From contig JALVJO010000050.1 in the NCBI GenBank assembly GCA_027028245.1, positions 22,368 through 86,367 on the forward strand: a DNA stretch of 64,000 bases, written 5' to 3'. The stretch comes from Deltaproteobacteria bacterium. GTDB taxonomy: Bacteria; Desulfobacterota; Dissulfuribacteria; Dissulfuribacterales; QOAL01. Numbering within the stretch: the stretch's first letter is position 1; each line of letters starts with the position of its first letter. This document shows positions 51,663 to 59,624 of the stretch, in pieces. The notes beneath the pieces are model-generated. The model was not told where the DNA came from and did not search any database. It worked only from the letters and a program-made list of their open reading frames with translations. Both the position numbers and the translations under genes were made by a program.

Positions 51663-53870
51663 TTAAACTACGCTTTCCATAGAAAGTGCAGGATGACCCT
51701 TTTCCTGCAAGAATTTCAAAACCTCGTCCTCGGAAACCCCGACTTCCTCGTCTGCTATGAGGTCCAGGAGTTCTGGAACACCTTCTTCCTTTGCCCTTTC
51801 TTCCAGACGGTCCCGGAGTTCCTCCTTGAGCATCTTGGGCATCCACACTACCCTCTTCAGGCCGCCTTCAGCCTGCATAAACTTCCTGGAGCAGATGTAG
51901 TGCTTGGATACCCCGAGAAATCCAGGAGTCACCTGTCCGCCGCCGACCATGCCTGCCAGGGTGGTGAATTTCATGCCGCTGGGCGTCATGCCCATGTAAT
52001 CGCGGTTGACGATCATAATCCCGTTGCACATGGGCAGCATGGTTGCAATACATTCAAAGCACCCGCAGGCAGTCATGGGATCCACCATGAGAGAATAGGC
52101 GCTCACCTGCTGCACCTTGCCCCTGGAGGCCTTTTTCACAAATGCATTTATGCCTTCCCACTGACCCAGCTTGGGATCTATGCACTTGCCCTTTTCTATG
52201 GGCTGGTTCGGGCCTGTGGGGTTGATCTCGTACGACGCCTTTCCGTCTAGCCAGTTGTAGGCGCCGCACATGCCGATGCGTTCAGGCGTAATTACGCATA
52301 CATGGCTTGGAGCAAAGGACTGGCACAGGGTACATGAGTAAAATATGTCCTCGCTCTCGTCCGTCATGGAACCGAGCCGCCTGTCCCTTTCCGCATAGAC
52401 CTCCTTGGCAAGTTCAAGGATCTCCTTGACCTTGTCCTCCACGGTGTAGATCTTCACCTGGACTTTGTCCAGGATGGCCCCGAAATCCTGGTGGAGCTTT
52501 CCATGGAGTATCCTGCCTATGTGTTCAAACTTGAAGCCCTTTTCGATGGCAGCCTTTCCCACCCTAAGCCACATTATATTCCTCTGGCCTATGTGCATGA
52601 TACCCTGGGCATAGTTGATGAGGTGATGGAACTGACGCTCCAGGATGGGCTCAAAGTCAGGCTGCATCTGTCTGCCTGCAACCTCTACCAGGATGGCAAG
52701 TGGCAGTTTGTCGCCCTCCTTGCAGTCTGTCATCTCCGGGCCTTCCACTATGACCTTGCCGTCTTCCACCTCGTCCATGTCCTTGGAGACCAGGACCTCG
52801 ACTCCCAGGGTCCTTCCGCCGCCGCATTCCAGGAAAAGATCGTCCTTTCTGATACGTTCTCCCTCGAAGGCAGGGCCGTAAGAGACAGGGATATCTATCT
52901 TGGTGACGCTCACCTTCAGCCCCCTGACCTCTATGGCCTTCTGTACGATCTCGTCGTGGGGGACCTTGCTCACCACGTGTTCGTAGGTACAGATGCCGGT
53001 TGGAAGGACCTCCGGTATATCCCAGTCGGAGATGGTGGGAAACCCCCAGTTTATGGCACCGGCTGCGTTTGCATACCACTCGTCAGAGACCGGACCGAAT
53101 GCTATGACAAATGCAAAGGTTCTGTCCTTATTGTAGATAAGGTTTCCCTTGTAGTCACCGGGCTTGATGCCTCCGAAGGCCAAGGCCACGCGGCAGGCAA
53201 AACCGATGGAAAATATGGTGGAGGTATAAGTCGGGCCGAAGGGTACAAGCCTAGTTGACCAGCCGATCTGCACCTTCCTCTTCAGGAGCTGGTCTGGGAA
53301 ATAGATGCCGTCGGTCTGGTCATGGAGAAAGATATAGAGGTTCTTTTCCTGGAGTTCAATGGCTATCTTTTCAGCCTCTTCGGCATCTGCCGGAGCACCA
53401 AGAATGGCTGCAAAACCCGGGGCCGTACCGTCCACGAACTCCACGCCCCTTTTCCTGAAGATGATGTCGTCGGCGGCACCCAGCCAGTAATTTCCGCTGG
53501 AAGGAGGATCTTCAGTCTTTGTGTAGTACTGGGGCTCTTCTATGTATCTTATTGCCTCAAACATCTCCTCTGCAAAGTAGGTTGCCATGCCTGCATCAAG
53601 GGCAGGGGCAAGATAGGGCAGCCAGAGATGATCACTGACAGGAGGAGGAAGAAGCTTTCTGCATTCCTGGAAGATATCCTTCATGTCCCCGAGCTGCTTA
53701 ACAGGCTCCCCGAGCATGCTGTATATGATGGGGAGGTAGTATGCAGTGTTGGGGAACCCTACCTCCTGTTCGGGGCCGTATTTTTTCAGGGCTTCCTCGT
53801 ATTTCTCCTCGGCTATATCCACTATCTTGTGGGCGCCTCGGATGGCTGCAGAACAGATTATCTTGGACAT
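51663..53870 (-). CDS. acsB: acetyl-CoA synthase (CODH/ACS complex ACS subunit)
   Basis: 735 aa; A-cluster ligands ..YSCTLCQSFAPSHVCVITPERIGMCGA.. and ..MTACGCFECI.. Confidence 0.95.
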   Translation of the reverse strand: MSKIICSAAIRGAHKIVDIAEEKYEEALKKYGPEQEVGFPNTAYYLPIIYSMLGEPVKQLGDMKDIFQECRKLLPPPVSDHLWLPYLAPALDAGMATYFAEEMFEAIRYIEEPQYYTKTEDPPSSGNYWLGAADDIIFRKRGVEFVDGTAPGFAAILGAPADAEEAEKIAIELQEKNLYIFLHDQTDGIYFPDQLLKRKVQIGWSTRLVPFGPTYTSTIFSIGFACRVALAFGGIKPGDYKGNLIYNKDRTFAFVIAFGPVSDEWYANAAGAINWGFPTISDWDIPEVLPTGICTYEHVVSKVPHDEIVQKAIEVRGLKVSVTKIDIPVSYGPAFEGERIRKDDLFLECGGGRTLGVEVLVSKDMDEVEDGKVIVEGPEMTDCKEGDKLPLAILVEVAGRQMQPDFEPILERQFHHLINYAQGIMHIGQRNIMWLRVGKAAIEKGFKFEHIGRILHGKLHQDFGAILDKVQVKIYTVEDKVKEILELAKEVYAERDRRLGSMTDESEDIFYSCTLCQSFAPSHVCVITPERIGMCGAYNWLDGKASYEINPTGPNQPIEKGKCIDPKLGQWEGINAFVKKASRGKVQQVSAYSLMVDPMTACGCFECIATMLPMCNGIMIVNRDYMGMTPSGMKFTTLAGMVGGGQVTPGFLGVSKHYICSRKFMQAEGGLKRVVWMPKMLKEELRDRLEERAKEEGVPELLDLIADEEVGVSEDEVLKFLQEKGHPALSMESVV

Positions 53871-53949
53871 ATTCTTTCCTCTCTATGTTTCTTTAAAATT
53901 CTATCCAGGAAGCCTTGGCCTCCTGAAGCCTGCCTTTATTCTTGCCCGC

Positions 53950-56900
53950 CTACAAAAGACCCTCCACAAGGGCCTCTGTAAGGGCTGCTGACTTTGGATG
54001 CCTCATTACCATGAGCTCACCGCCTGCCAGCAGAAGGGCCGAGGCAGTAATGGCCTCCATCAGAACCCCTCGTCTTTCCTGGTCGCCGAGCATGCCGTCA
54101 GTGGGAAGACGGGTCTCCTTAGCCTTCCAGACCTCCCTGCCCAGGTTCACTATGAAGGGACAGGAAAGCTTGTCGTCCTGCTGGGTAAGGGCTGCAAGCC
54201 TGATCCTTTCCATGACGGAATAGGTATATTCAAGGCCGTATCCCACTGCCCCGATGGACGGATCCATGAGAATGTGATCCAGATGCACGCCAAGGTTTTC
54301 CAGCAGGATGTTGAGCTGTTTTGCCAGGTTTACGTCAATGGGAGTAGATGCAACCACCGGGTACTGGAACGCCATTGCAGTGGCGCCCAAGGTCCTGTAA
54401 TTGGCATCTGTGAGGGGCCCGAGGCAAACCTTTTTCTCCCCGATCCTGCCTGTAATCTCCCTGAGGGTCTCTGTATCCTTTTCTGCATTGCCACATCCCC
54501 AGAAGATTATGGGCACATCCACGGCCTCGACCACCTTCTGGGCCACAGCTGCCGCATCTGCCGGGGCTACGTCTGCACCGTTTGGATCAGTGCTGATAAG
54601 GGAGAGACATATGGACTTGGCATTGTATTCTTCAACGCACTTTTTAGCCCATGCCGCCGGATCCCCGAGACAGTCTGCGAAATATTTTGTAAGCACATCC
54701 GGCCATTCCTCAGGTTCTGAATCCAGTACTTCAAATGCCACCCTGGGGGGGTTGGGCATGTCTCCTTCGAAGTTGTAAAAGGGAAGGGCTGTTTCTCCCC
54801 CGACTGAAATGGCCTTTTCACCGTCACCAAGGGTGACGCTCTGTATGGCGCCGGAACATGCCTCCTTGTAAACGTCTTCCGGGATGTCCCCTGCCCGTTC
54901 TGAAAGGGGAGGCTCCTCCTTTGAAAGGGGAGATACTGCAATTTCTCCCACGCCTTCCCCGGCAGGTGCCGATATCTCGATCTTGGGAGCAGCGGGTTTC
55001 GCCTGGGGCTTTTCTTCCTTTTTGACCTCTTTTTCTGCCTTGGCTTCCGGTTCTTCCACAGGTTTTTCAGGCGGAGCTTCCTTCTTTTCCTCGGCAGCTT
55101 CTTCTGCCTCAGGCTTCGGTGCGGCCTCGGCTTCTTTCACTGCTGCTGGTGCCTGTCCCGCCTTCACCTCGGGGATAAAGATGCCCTGCCTGTTTTTTGC
55201 CCTTTCAAGGCCGGCCTTGGCCTTTTCGTTGGAAGCGTCCAGGGCCAGGGCCTTTTCAAATGCAGAAACAGCCTGATCATAATCGCCCTTCATGAGGGCC
55301 ACGTTGCCCATGGCCGTATAGCGGATTACCCATTTTTCCTTCCACCACTGTTCGTCTATCTCTTCAGGGCGGGGCGGCAGGCCTTCAGGAGCTGCAGCTG
55401 CCTCTTCCGGGGCCTCCTTTACTGCAGAAAGTGCCTTTTGGAGGGCTGCCTTGGCATCGGCCAGCCCTGCCCTGGCCTTCTCATCGGTGCTGTCTATGGA
55501 AAGGGCCTTCTCAAAGGCCTCTATGGCACCGTTGTAATCTCCGCTGTGAAGGGCCAGGTTGCCCTTGGCAACAAGGTTTACCACCTCCTTGTTCCTGGCC
55601 GTCTTTTCCTCTGCAGCCTCTTCCACCCGGGGGGCTTTCGCTTCTTCTGCAGGTGCTGGCTCAGCCTCTGGTACCGGGGGAGCCGGCTCTGTCACTGGTG
55701 GCCGCGGAGGCGGCGGAGCAGGGGCTGGTATCTGGCCCAGCTGGAGCATGAATTCCGCTTCTAGAAATCTCCTCAGGGCCTCGAACTGGGAATCATCAAG
55801 CCCCAGGACGCTTTTCAGGGCCTGCAGTCCCAGGTTCAGGGATTCCAGTACCTTTTGCTCCCTGTCCGTCAGCGGGCCGCCGGGCGGGGGCGGTGCCCCC
55901 GGCCCTGGAGGCGGCGATGCCGCAGCAACCGGCGGGGCTTGTGCCGGGCCTGCCGCCTGGCTCGCCTCGAGTTCCTTTTTCGCCTTTTGTATCTCTTCAG
56001 TAAGTTTCCGGACTTCGGCCTCTTTATGGCTTGCCATAGTCCTTGCCTCCTCTATCTGCTTCTTGAGATCTGAAATCTCAGAGGCCACTTTTTCCTTTTC
56101 CTTTATTACCAGTTCACGGGATGCCTGTGCCTCTGTCCTGGCCCTTTCAAGTTCCTCTTCAAACTCTATCCTGACCTCTTTCCTGGCATCTTCCACTGCC
56201 TTTTCAATGGAAGAAGAGCTGGAAAGTACCGGCTCGATACCCTTGGGCTCGGGTCTGTCGGAAAGTCCGGCCCTTTTTACTATCTCCGGCACGGCCTCTT
56301 CCCATTCTATTGCCATGACGTGGACGCCGGCTACCCCGGGTATGTCCTGAACCTGCCTGATTATGTCCACGCAGATATTTATACCCTCTTCCCTCTGGTC
56401 CTTTGCATCCGAAAGCCTTGCCAGGACCTCGTCAGTGACATCCAGACCGGGCACGAACTTCTTCATGTATCTTGCCATGCCGAGGGATTTAGGAGGGGTC
56501 ACTCCTGCCAGGATAAAGCACTTTTCGTGCACGCCGAGGTCCCTGACCATCTCCATGAATTTGGCAAATTTTTCCAGGTTGTAGATGATCTGGGTCTGGA
56601 CGAAATCCGCACCGGCTGCCACCTTCTTTGCAAGTCTCACCGGTCTGAACTCAAAGGGGTCGGCGAAGGGATTGGCGGCACAGCCGAGAAAGAGACTGGG
56701 CTCGTTTCCCTTGATCTCCTCGCCGCACTGGAACTTCTTTTCATCCCTCATGCCCTTGACCATCTGCAGAAGCTGGATGGAATCCATGTCGAAGACACCC
56801 TTGGACTGGGGATGATTCCCGAATTTCTGGTGGTCACCGGTAAGGCAGAGCAGGTTTTTCACCCCCAGGGCCGAAGCCCCCAGGATATCTGCCTGCATGC

Positions 56901-57162
56901 CGATACGGTTCCTGTCGCGGCAGGTCATCTGCATAACAGGTTCCACGCCCTCGGCCAGGGCTGCAAGCCCTGCCGTCAGGCTGGACATTCTGACTATGGC
57001 CGTCTGGCAGTCAGTGATGTTGACCGCATCCACGAAGCCCTTCAGGATCCTGGCCTTTTTCCTAACCAGCTCAAGGTCGCCGCTTTTGGGCGGCCCCAGC
57101 TCGCCTGTTACTGCAAAGGCCCCTGAGCGTAGTACATTTTCAAGATTGCTTCCTGCTTTCAC
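53950..57162 (-). CDS. fusion protein: methylenetetrahydrofolate reductase (MetF) - long low-complexity/TPR-like linker - corrinoid Fe-S protein small subunit (AcsD / CdhD-like)
   Basis: One 1070-codon ORF. aa 1-300 are MetF (..VNITDCQ..LCLTGDH..FVQTQIIYN..). aa ~760-1070 are AcsD-like (..VTLGDGEKAISVGGETALPFYNFEG..IIFWGCGNAEKD..). GTG start overlaps the metV stop (GTGA). Confidence 0.85.
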   Translation of the reverse strand: MKAGSNLENVLRSGAFAVTGELGPPKSGDLELVRKKARILKGFVDAVNITDCQTAIVRMSSLTAGLAALAEGVEPVMQMTCRDRNRIGMQADILGASALGVKNLLCLTGDHQKFGNHPQSKGVFDMDSIQLLQMVKGMRDEKKFQCGEEIKGNEPSLFLGCAANPFADPFEFRPVRLAKKVAAGADFVQTQIIYNLEKFAKFMEMVRDLGVHEKCFILAGVTPPKSLGMARYMKKFVPGLDVTDEVLARLSDAKDQREEGINICVDIIRQVQDIPGVAGVHVMAIEWEEAVPEIVKRAGLSDRPEPKGIEPVLSSSSSIEKAVEDARKEVRIEFEEELERARTEAQASRELVIKEKEKVASEISDLKKQIEEARTMASHKEAEVRKLTEEIQKAKKELEASQAAGPAQAPPVAAASPPPGPGAPPPPGGPLTDREQKVLESLNLGLQALKSVLGLDDSQFEALRRFLEAEFMLQLGQIPAPAPPPPRPPVTEPAPPVPEAEPAPAEEAKAPRVEEAAEEKTARNKEVVNLVAKGNLALHSGDYNGAIEAFEKALSIDSTDEKARAGLADAKAALQKALSAVKEAPEEAAAAPEGLPPRPEEIDEQWWKEKWVIRYTAMGNVALMKGDYDQAVSAFEKALALDASNEKAKAGLERAKNRQGIFIPEVKAGQAPAAVKEAEAAPKPEAEEAAEEKKEAPPEKPVEEPEAKAEKEVKKEEKPQAKPAAPKIEISAPAGEGVGEIAVSPLSKEEPPLSERAGDIPEDVYKEACSGAIQSVTLGDGEKAISVGGETALPFYNFEGDMPNPPRVAFEVLDSEPEEWPDVLTKYFADCLGDPAAWAKKCVEEYNAKSICLSLISTDPNGADVAPADAAAVAQKVVEAVDVPIIFWGCGNAEKDTETLREITGRIGEKKVCLGPLTDANYRTLGATAMAFQYPVVASTPIDVNLAKQLNILLENLGVHLDHILMDPSIGAVGYGLEYTYSVMERIRLAALTQQDDKLSCPFIVNLGREVWKAKETRLPTDGMLGDQERRGVLMEAITASALLLAGGELMVMRHPKSAALTEALVEGLL

Positions 57163-57827
57163 GGCAGCAAGTCCTCCCTTATTCTGCGACGCGGACCGCC
57201 ATGGCCCGCAGACGTCCAGTCGCGCATTGGCATGATATTTTTCATCTCATCCGACCTGTTGAGCCCTGAAAGTTTGTCATAAATCTGCTGCCATATGCAG
57301 GAAACATCCGGGTGTATTTCGCACCGGCCGTTTTGGGAACCGCCGCAGGGTCCGTTGGAAAGACTCTTGGCACATCTTGCAACCGGACAAAGCCCGCCCG
57401 TAAGATGAAGCACGCAGGCACCGCAGCCTGCACACATCTCCTTCCATTCACCGCTGGACAGATTGGCCCCGTAAAAGGTTGTATCCAGTGCAGGCAGCAC
57501 ATTGACCTTGCCGCAGCGGTCCGCAATGAAATTCACCCCCACTCCGCAGGCCATGGAAAGGACAGCATCGAAATCAGAAGCGTCCTCGTTAAGGGGATCG
57601 ATGTATTCCGGGTCACACTGCCTGACCAGTGTACGCTCCTCTATTTCTATCTCCTTCCCCTGCCTGGAAAGACCGAGCCTTATGGCAGATGCCAGCACGC
57701 TCACCTCCTTGTCGCCGCCTGCAGAACAGACTGCCACGCAGCCCCTGCATCCGAGAACAAGAAGACGCCTGCACCCCTTGACCATTTCCAGGAGTTCTCC
57801 GAGTTTTTTTCTTTCAGCAATTATCAT
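57159..57827 (-). CDS. metV: MetV-type methylenetetrahydrofolate reductase small subunit (MTHFR C-terminal-domain, Fe-S/zinc-ribbon protein)
   Basis: Cys-rich: ..LGCRGCVAVCSAGG.., ..CAGCGACVLHLTGGLCPVARCAKSLSNGPCGGSQNGRCE... Immediately upstream of and overlapping metF. Confidence 0.7.
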   Translation of the reverse strand: MIIAERKKLGELLEMVKGCRRLLVLGCRGCVAVCSAGGDKEVSVLASAIRLGLSRQGKEIEIEERTLVRQCDPEYIDPLNEDASDFDAVLSMACGVGVNFIADRCGKVNVLPALDTTFYGANLSSGEWKEMCAGCGACVLHLTGGLCPVARCAKSLSNGPCGGSQNGRCEIHPDVSCIWQQIYDKLSGLNRSDEMKNIMPMRDWTSAGHGGPRRRIREDLLP

Positions 57828-57858
57828 CAGAAATACCTCAAGCCTGAATAAACCTGTT

Positions 57859-58245
57859 CTATTGGGCCTTCTTCGCCCTGGCAGCGCGGGCAGCCATCAA
57901 CCTTGCCGCCTCAACCACCGGTTCTGTTTCACCCCTTCCTGCAAAAAACATCTCCACGAGTCCCGGATCCATGTCCAGCTCCTCCAGGATCTTCTTGGCC
58001 TGGGCCACCCTCTTGGACGCACGCCTGCTTCCGGAAAGATTATGACACTTATCCAGCTCGCAGCCTACCACGAAGACCGCAGCAGCCCCCTGAGTAAAGG
58101 CATCAAGCAGCTCCGGGACCTCCAGTCTTCCGGTACAGGGAAGCCTTTCAAATTCCACATCTTCCGGTACCAGCCCGGCGCTTTTCAGTGCATCGGGCTC
58201 CACGCTGAGGGTATAATTGCAGCAAATTGCCTTGATCCTGCTCAT
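57859..58245 (-). CDS. mvhD: MvhD/FlpD-like hydrogenase-type iron-sulfur subunit (Cys form)
   Basis: MSRIKAICCNYT..LPCTGRLEVPELLDAF..GAAAVFVVGCELDKCHNLSGS... The ATG at 58245 overlaps the upstream stop (ATGA). The ORF-track N-terminal extension is rejected. Confidence 0.8.
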   Translation of the reverse strand: MSRIKAICCNYTLSVEPDALKSAGLVPEDVEFERLPCTGRLEVPELLDAFTQGAAAVFVVGCELDKCHNLSGSRRASKRVAQAKKILEELDMDPGLVEMFFAGRGETEPVVEAARLMAARAARAKKAQ

Positions 58246-58793
58246 GTCAACACCCCCTTTGCCTCCAGTGATGGAGCGAGCCTGATGGCCTCGGCCGGGC
58301 ACTCCAGTACGCATATGCCACATGCATGGCAAAGCTCCGGTTTGATCACCGCGTAACCCTCGTCGATTATCTCCGGCGCACCAAAGGGACAGAGTCTCAC
58401 GCAGGTCAGACAGGCCACACATTTTCCGCCGTCCACAACGGCAAACTGCCCAAGGTCCTGGAGACGCTCCTCATCTACTGCCTGCCTCTTCCTGGCCTCC
58501 TGGCGCAGTGCCTTTATTACGTCAGCGCAGCGGACATTCTGGGGGCATACCGGTATGCAGCTCTGGCACTGGGAACATGCCCATATGATCTCTCCGTCTA
58601 TGAGCTGTTCCTCGAGGCCCAGGGCCACCATGTGCACTATCTTTCTCGGGTCGAACTCATCCACCACCTTTTCCACCGGGCAGACCCCGCTGCAGGAGCC
58701 GCAGGCGTAACAGAGACTTACCGTGTCGCAGCCCTGGTAGGGGATTATTTCTTCCACGAATTCCGAATTCAGTTTAGATGCCTGTAGAGTCAT
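58242..58793 (-). CDS. HdrC-like 4Fe-4S protein with extra 2x[4Fe-4S] ferredoxin module
   Basis: CYACGSCSGVCP .. CSQCQSCIPVCP (HdrC-type pair), then CVACLTCVRLCP .. CHACGICVLECP. Confidence 0.7.
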   Translation of the reverse strand: MTLQASKLNSEFVEEIIPYQGCDTVSLCYACGSCSGVCPVEKVVDEFDPRKIVHMVALGLEEQLIDGEIIWACSQCQSCIPVCPQNVRCADVIKALRQEARKRQAVDEERLQDLGQFAVVDGGKCVACLTCVRLCPFGAPEIIDEGYAVIKPELCHACGICVLECPAEAIRLAPSLEAKGVLT

Positions 58794-58814
58794 GAATTAG
58801 ATCCTGTCCTGTTC

Positions 58815-59621
58815 TTATTTCCTGCCGGCAAGGCTGAACTTGTTTTTCTTCCGGGATACGATTCCCTTTTTCTCCAGGGGAGCCATGATCTTTTCAAGCT
58901 CCTGGGCAGAAGCCCCTGTGCCCTTGCAAAGCGAGTCGATATCGACCGGGCCTTCCTCAAGGATCATCCTTGCCTCAACAGCTATCCTTTCCGACCTCAT
59001 GGCAGGAAGCACCTTTTGGCTGACACCCTTGGAAATGGCCTCTGGGGAATAGTCCCCGGACTTTGCCAGTTTCTTGGCAAGGTTGCCCAGGAGGGTGCGG
59101 GGCTTTCTTGCCTCTGCTGCCTTTACTGCAGCCGACAGCCTGCGCTTCATCTCTTCCCGGGGAATTTCCCCTGCAGCAGCGCCCAGAGGACCCTTTTCCT
59201 TGATGCTTGATACGTATCCGGTTATGAGCTCAACGAACCTCGGCGCCTCTGCTGCAGATGCCCATTCCAGGGCCAGTCTTTCCTGGTCCACTCCACAGTC
59301 TTCCAGGAGCTGCCTTGCTGCCTCTGTCACGATCATGGCCTCGTAATTACCAGACTGGTAATGACATTCACCAAGGTGTCAGCCGCCGGTAAAGACTCCG
59401 TCTGCCCCGCATCTAAAGGCCTCGATGACAAATCTTGCGTCTATGCGCCCGGTGCACATAACACGGATCACCCTGACATTGGGCGGATACTGATACCTGG
59501 AAACCCCTGCCGAATCCGCTGCAGCATAACAGCACCAGTGGCAGAAAAAGCCCAGTATCTTGGGATCAAAACCCTCTTGGGTCATTTCATTCTCCTTTAA
59601 AGCTGCATTTACCTCTGCCAT
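58815..59621 (-). CDS. mvhD: selenocysteine-containing MvhD-like protein with ~120-aa C-terminal extension (in-frame TGA at 59379-59381)
   Basis: ORFs 59379-59621 and 58815-59336 are in one frame. Readthrough gives ..[25 protein letters not shown].., i.e. Sec in place of the first Cys of the MvhD GC-H-x-G-x-CHY motif. Confidence 0.8.
59346..59381 (-). promoter_or_regulatory. UGA(Sec) plus candidate SECIS hairpin of mvhD
   Basis: UGA, 16 nt, then perfect 7-bp stem AUUACCA/UGGUAAU with apical GUC (59346-59362). Confidence 0.5.
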
Positions 59622-59624
59622 GCT

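Noticed and set aside
55559-56350. 263-aa plus-strand ORF (and neighbours at 54884-55276 and 55431-55764) inside the metF::acsD linker.
   Set aside because: The low-complexity A/S/G-rich translation mirrors the antisense of the E/K/A/P-rich linker. The minus-strand frame is continuous with MetF and AcsD domains on both sides.
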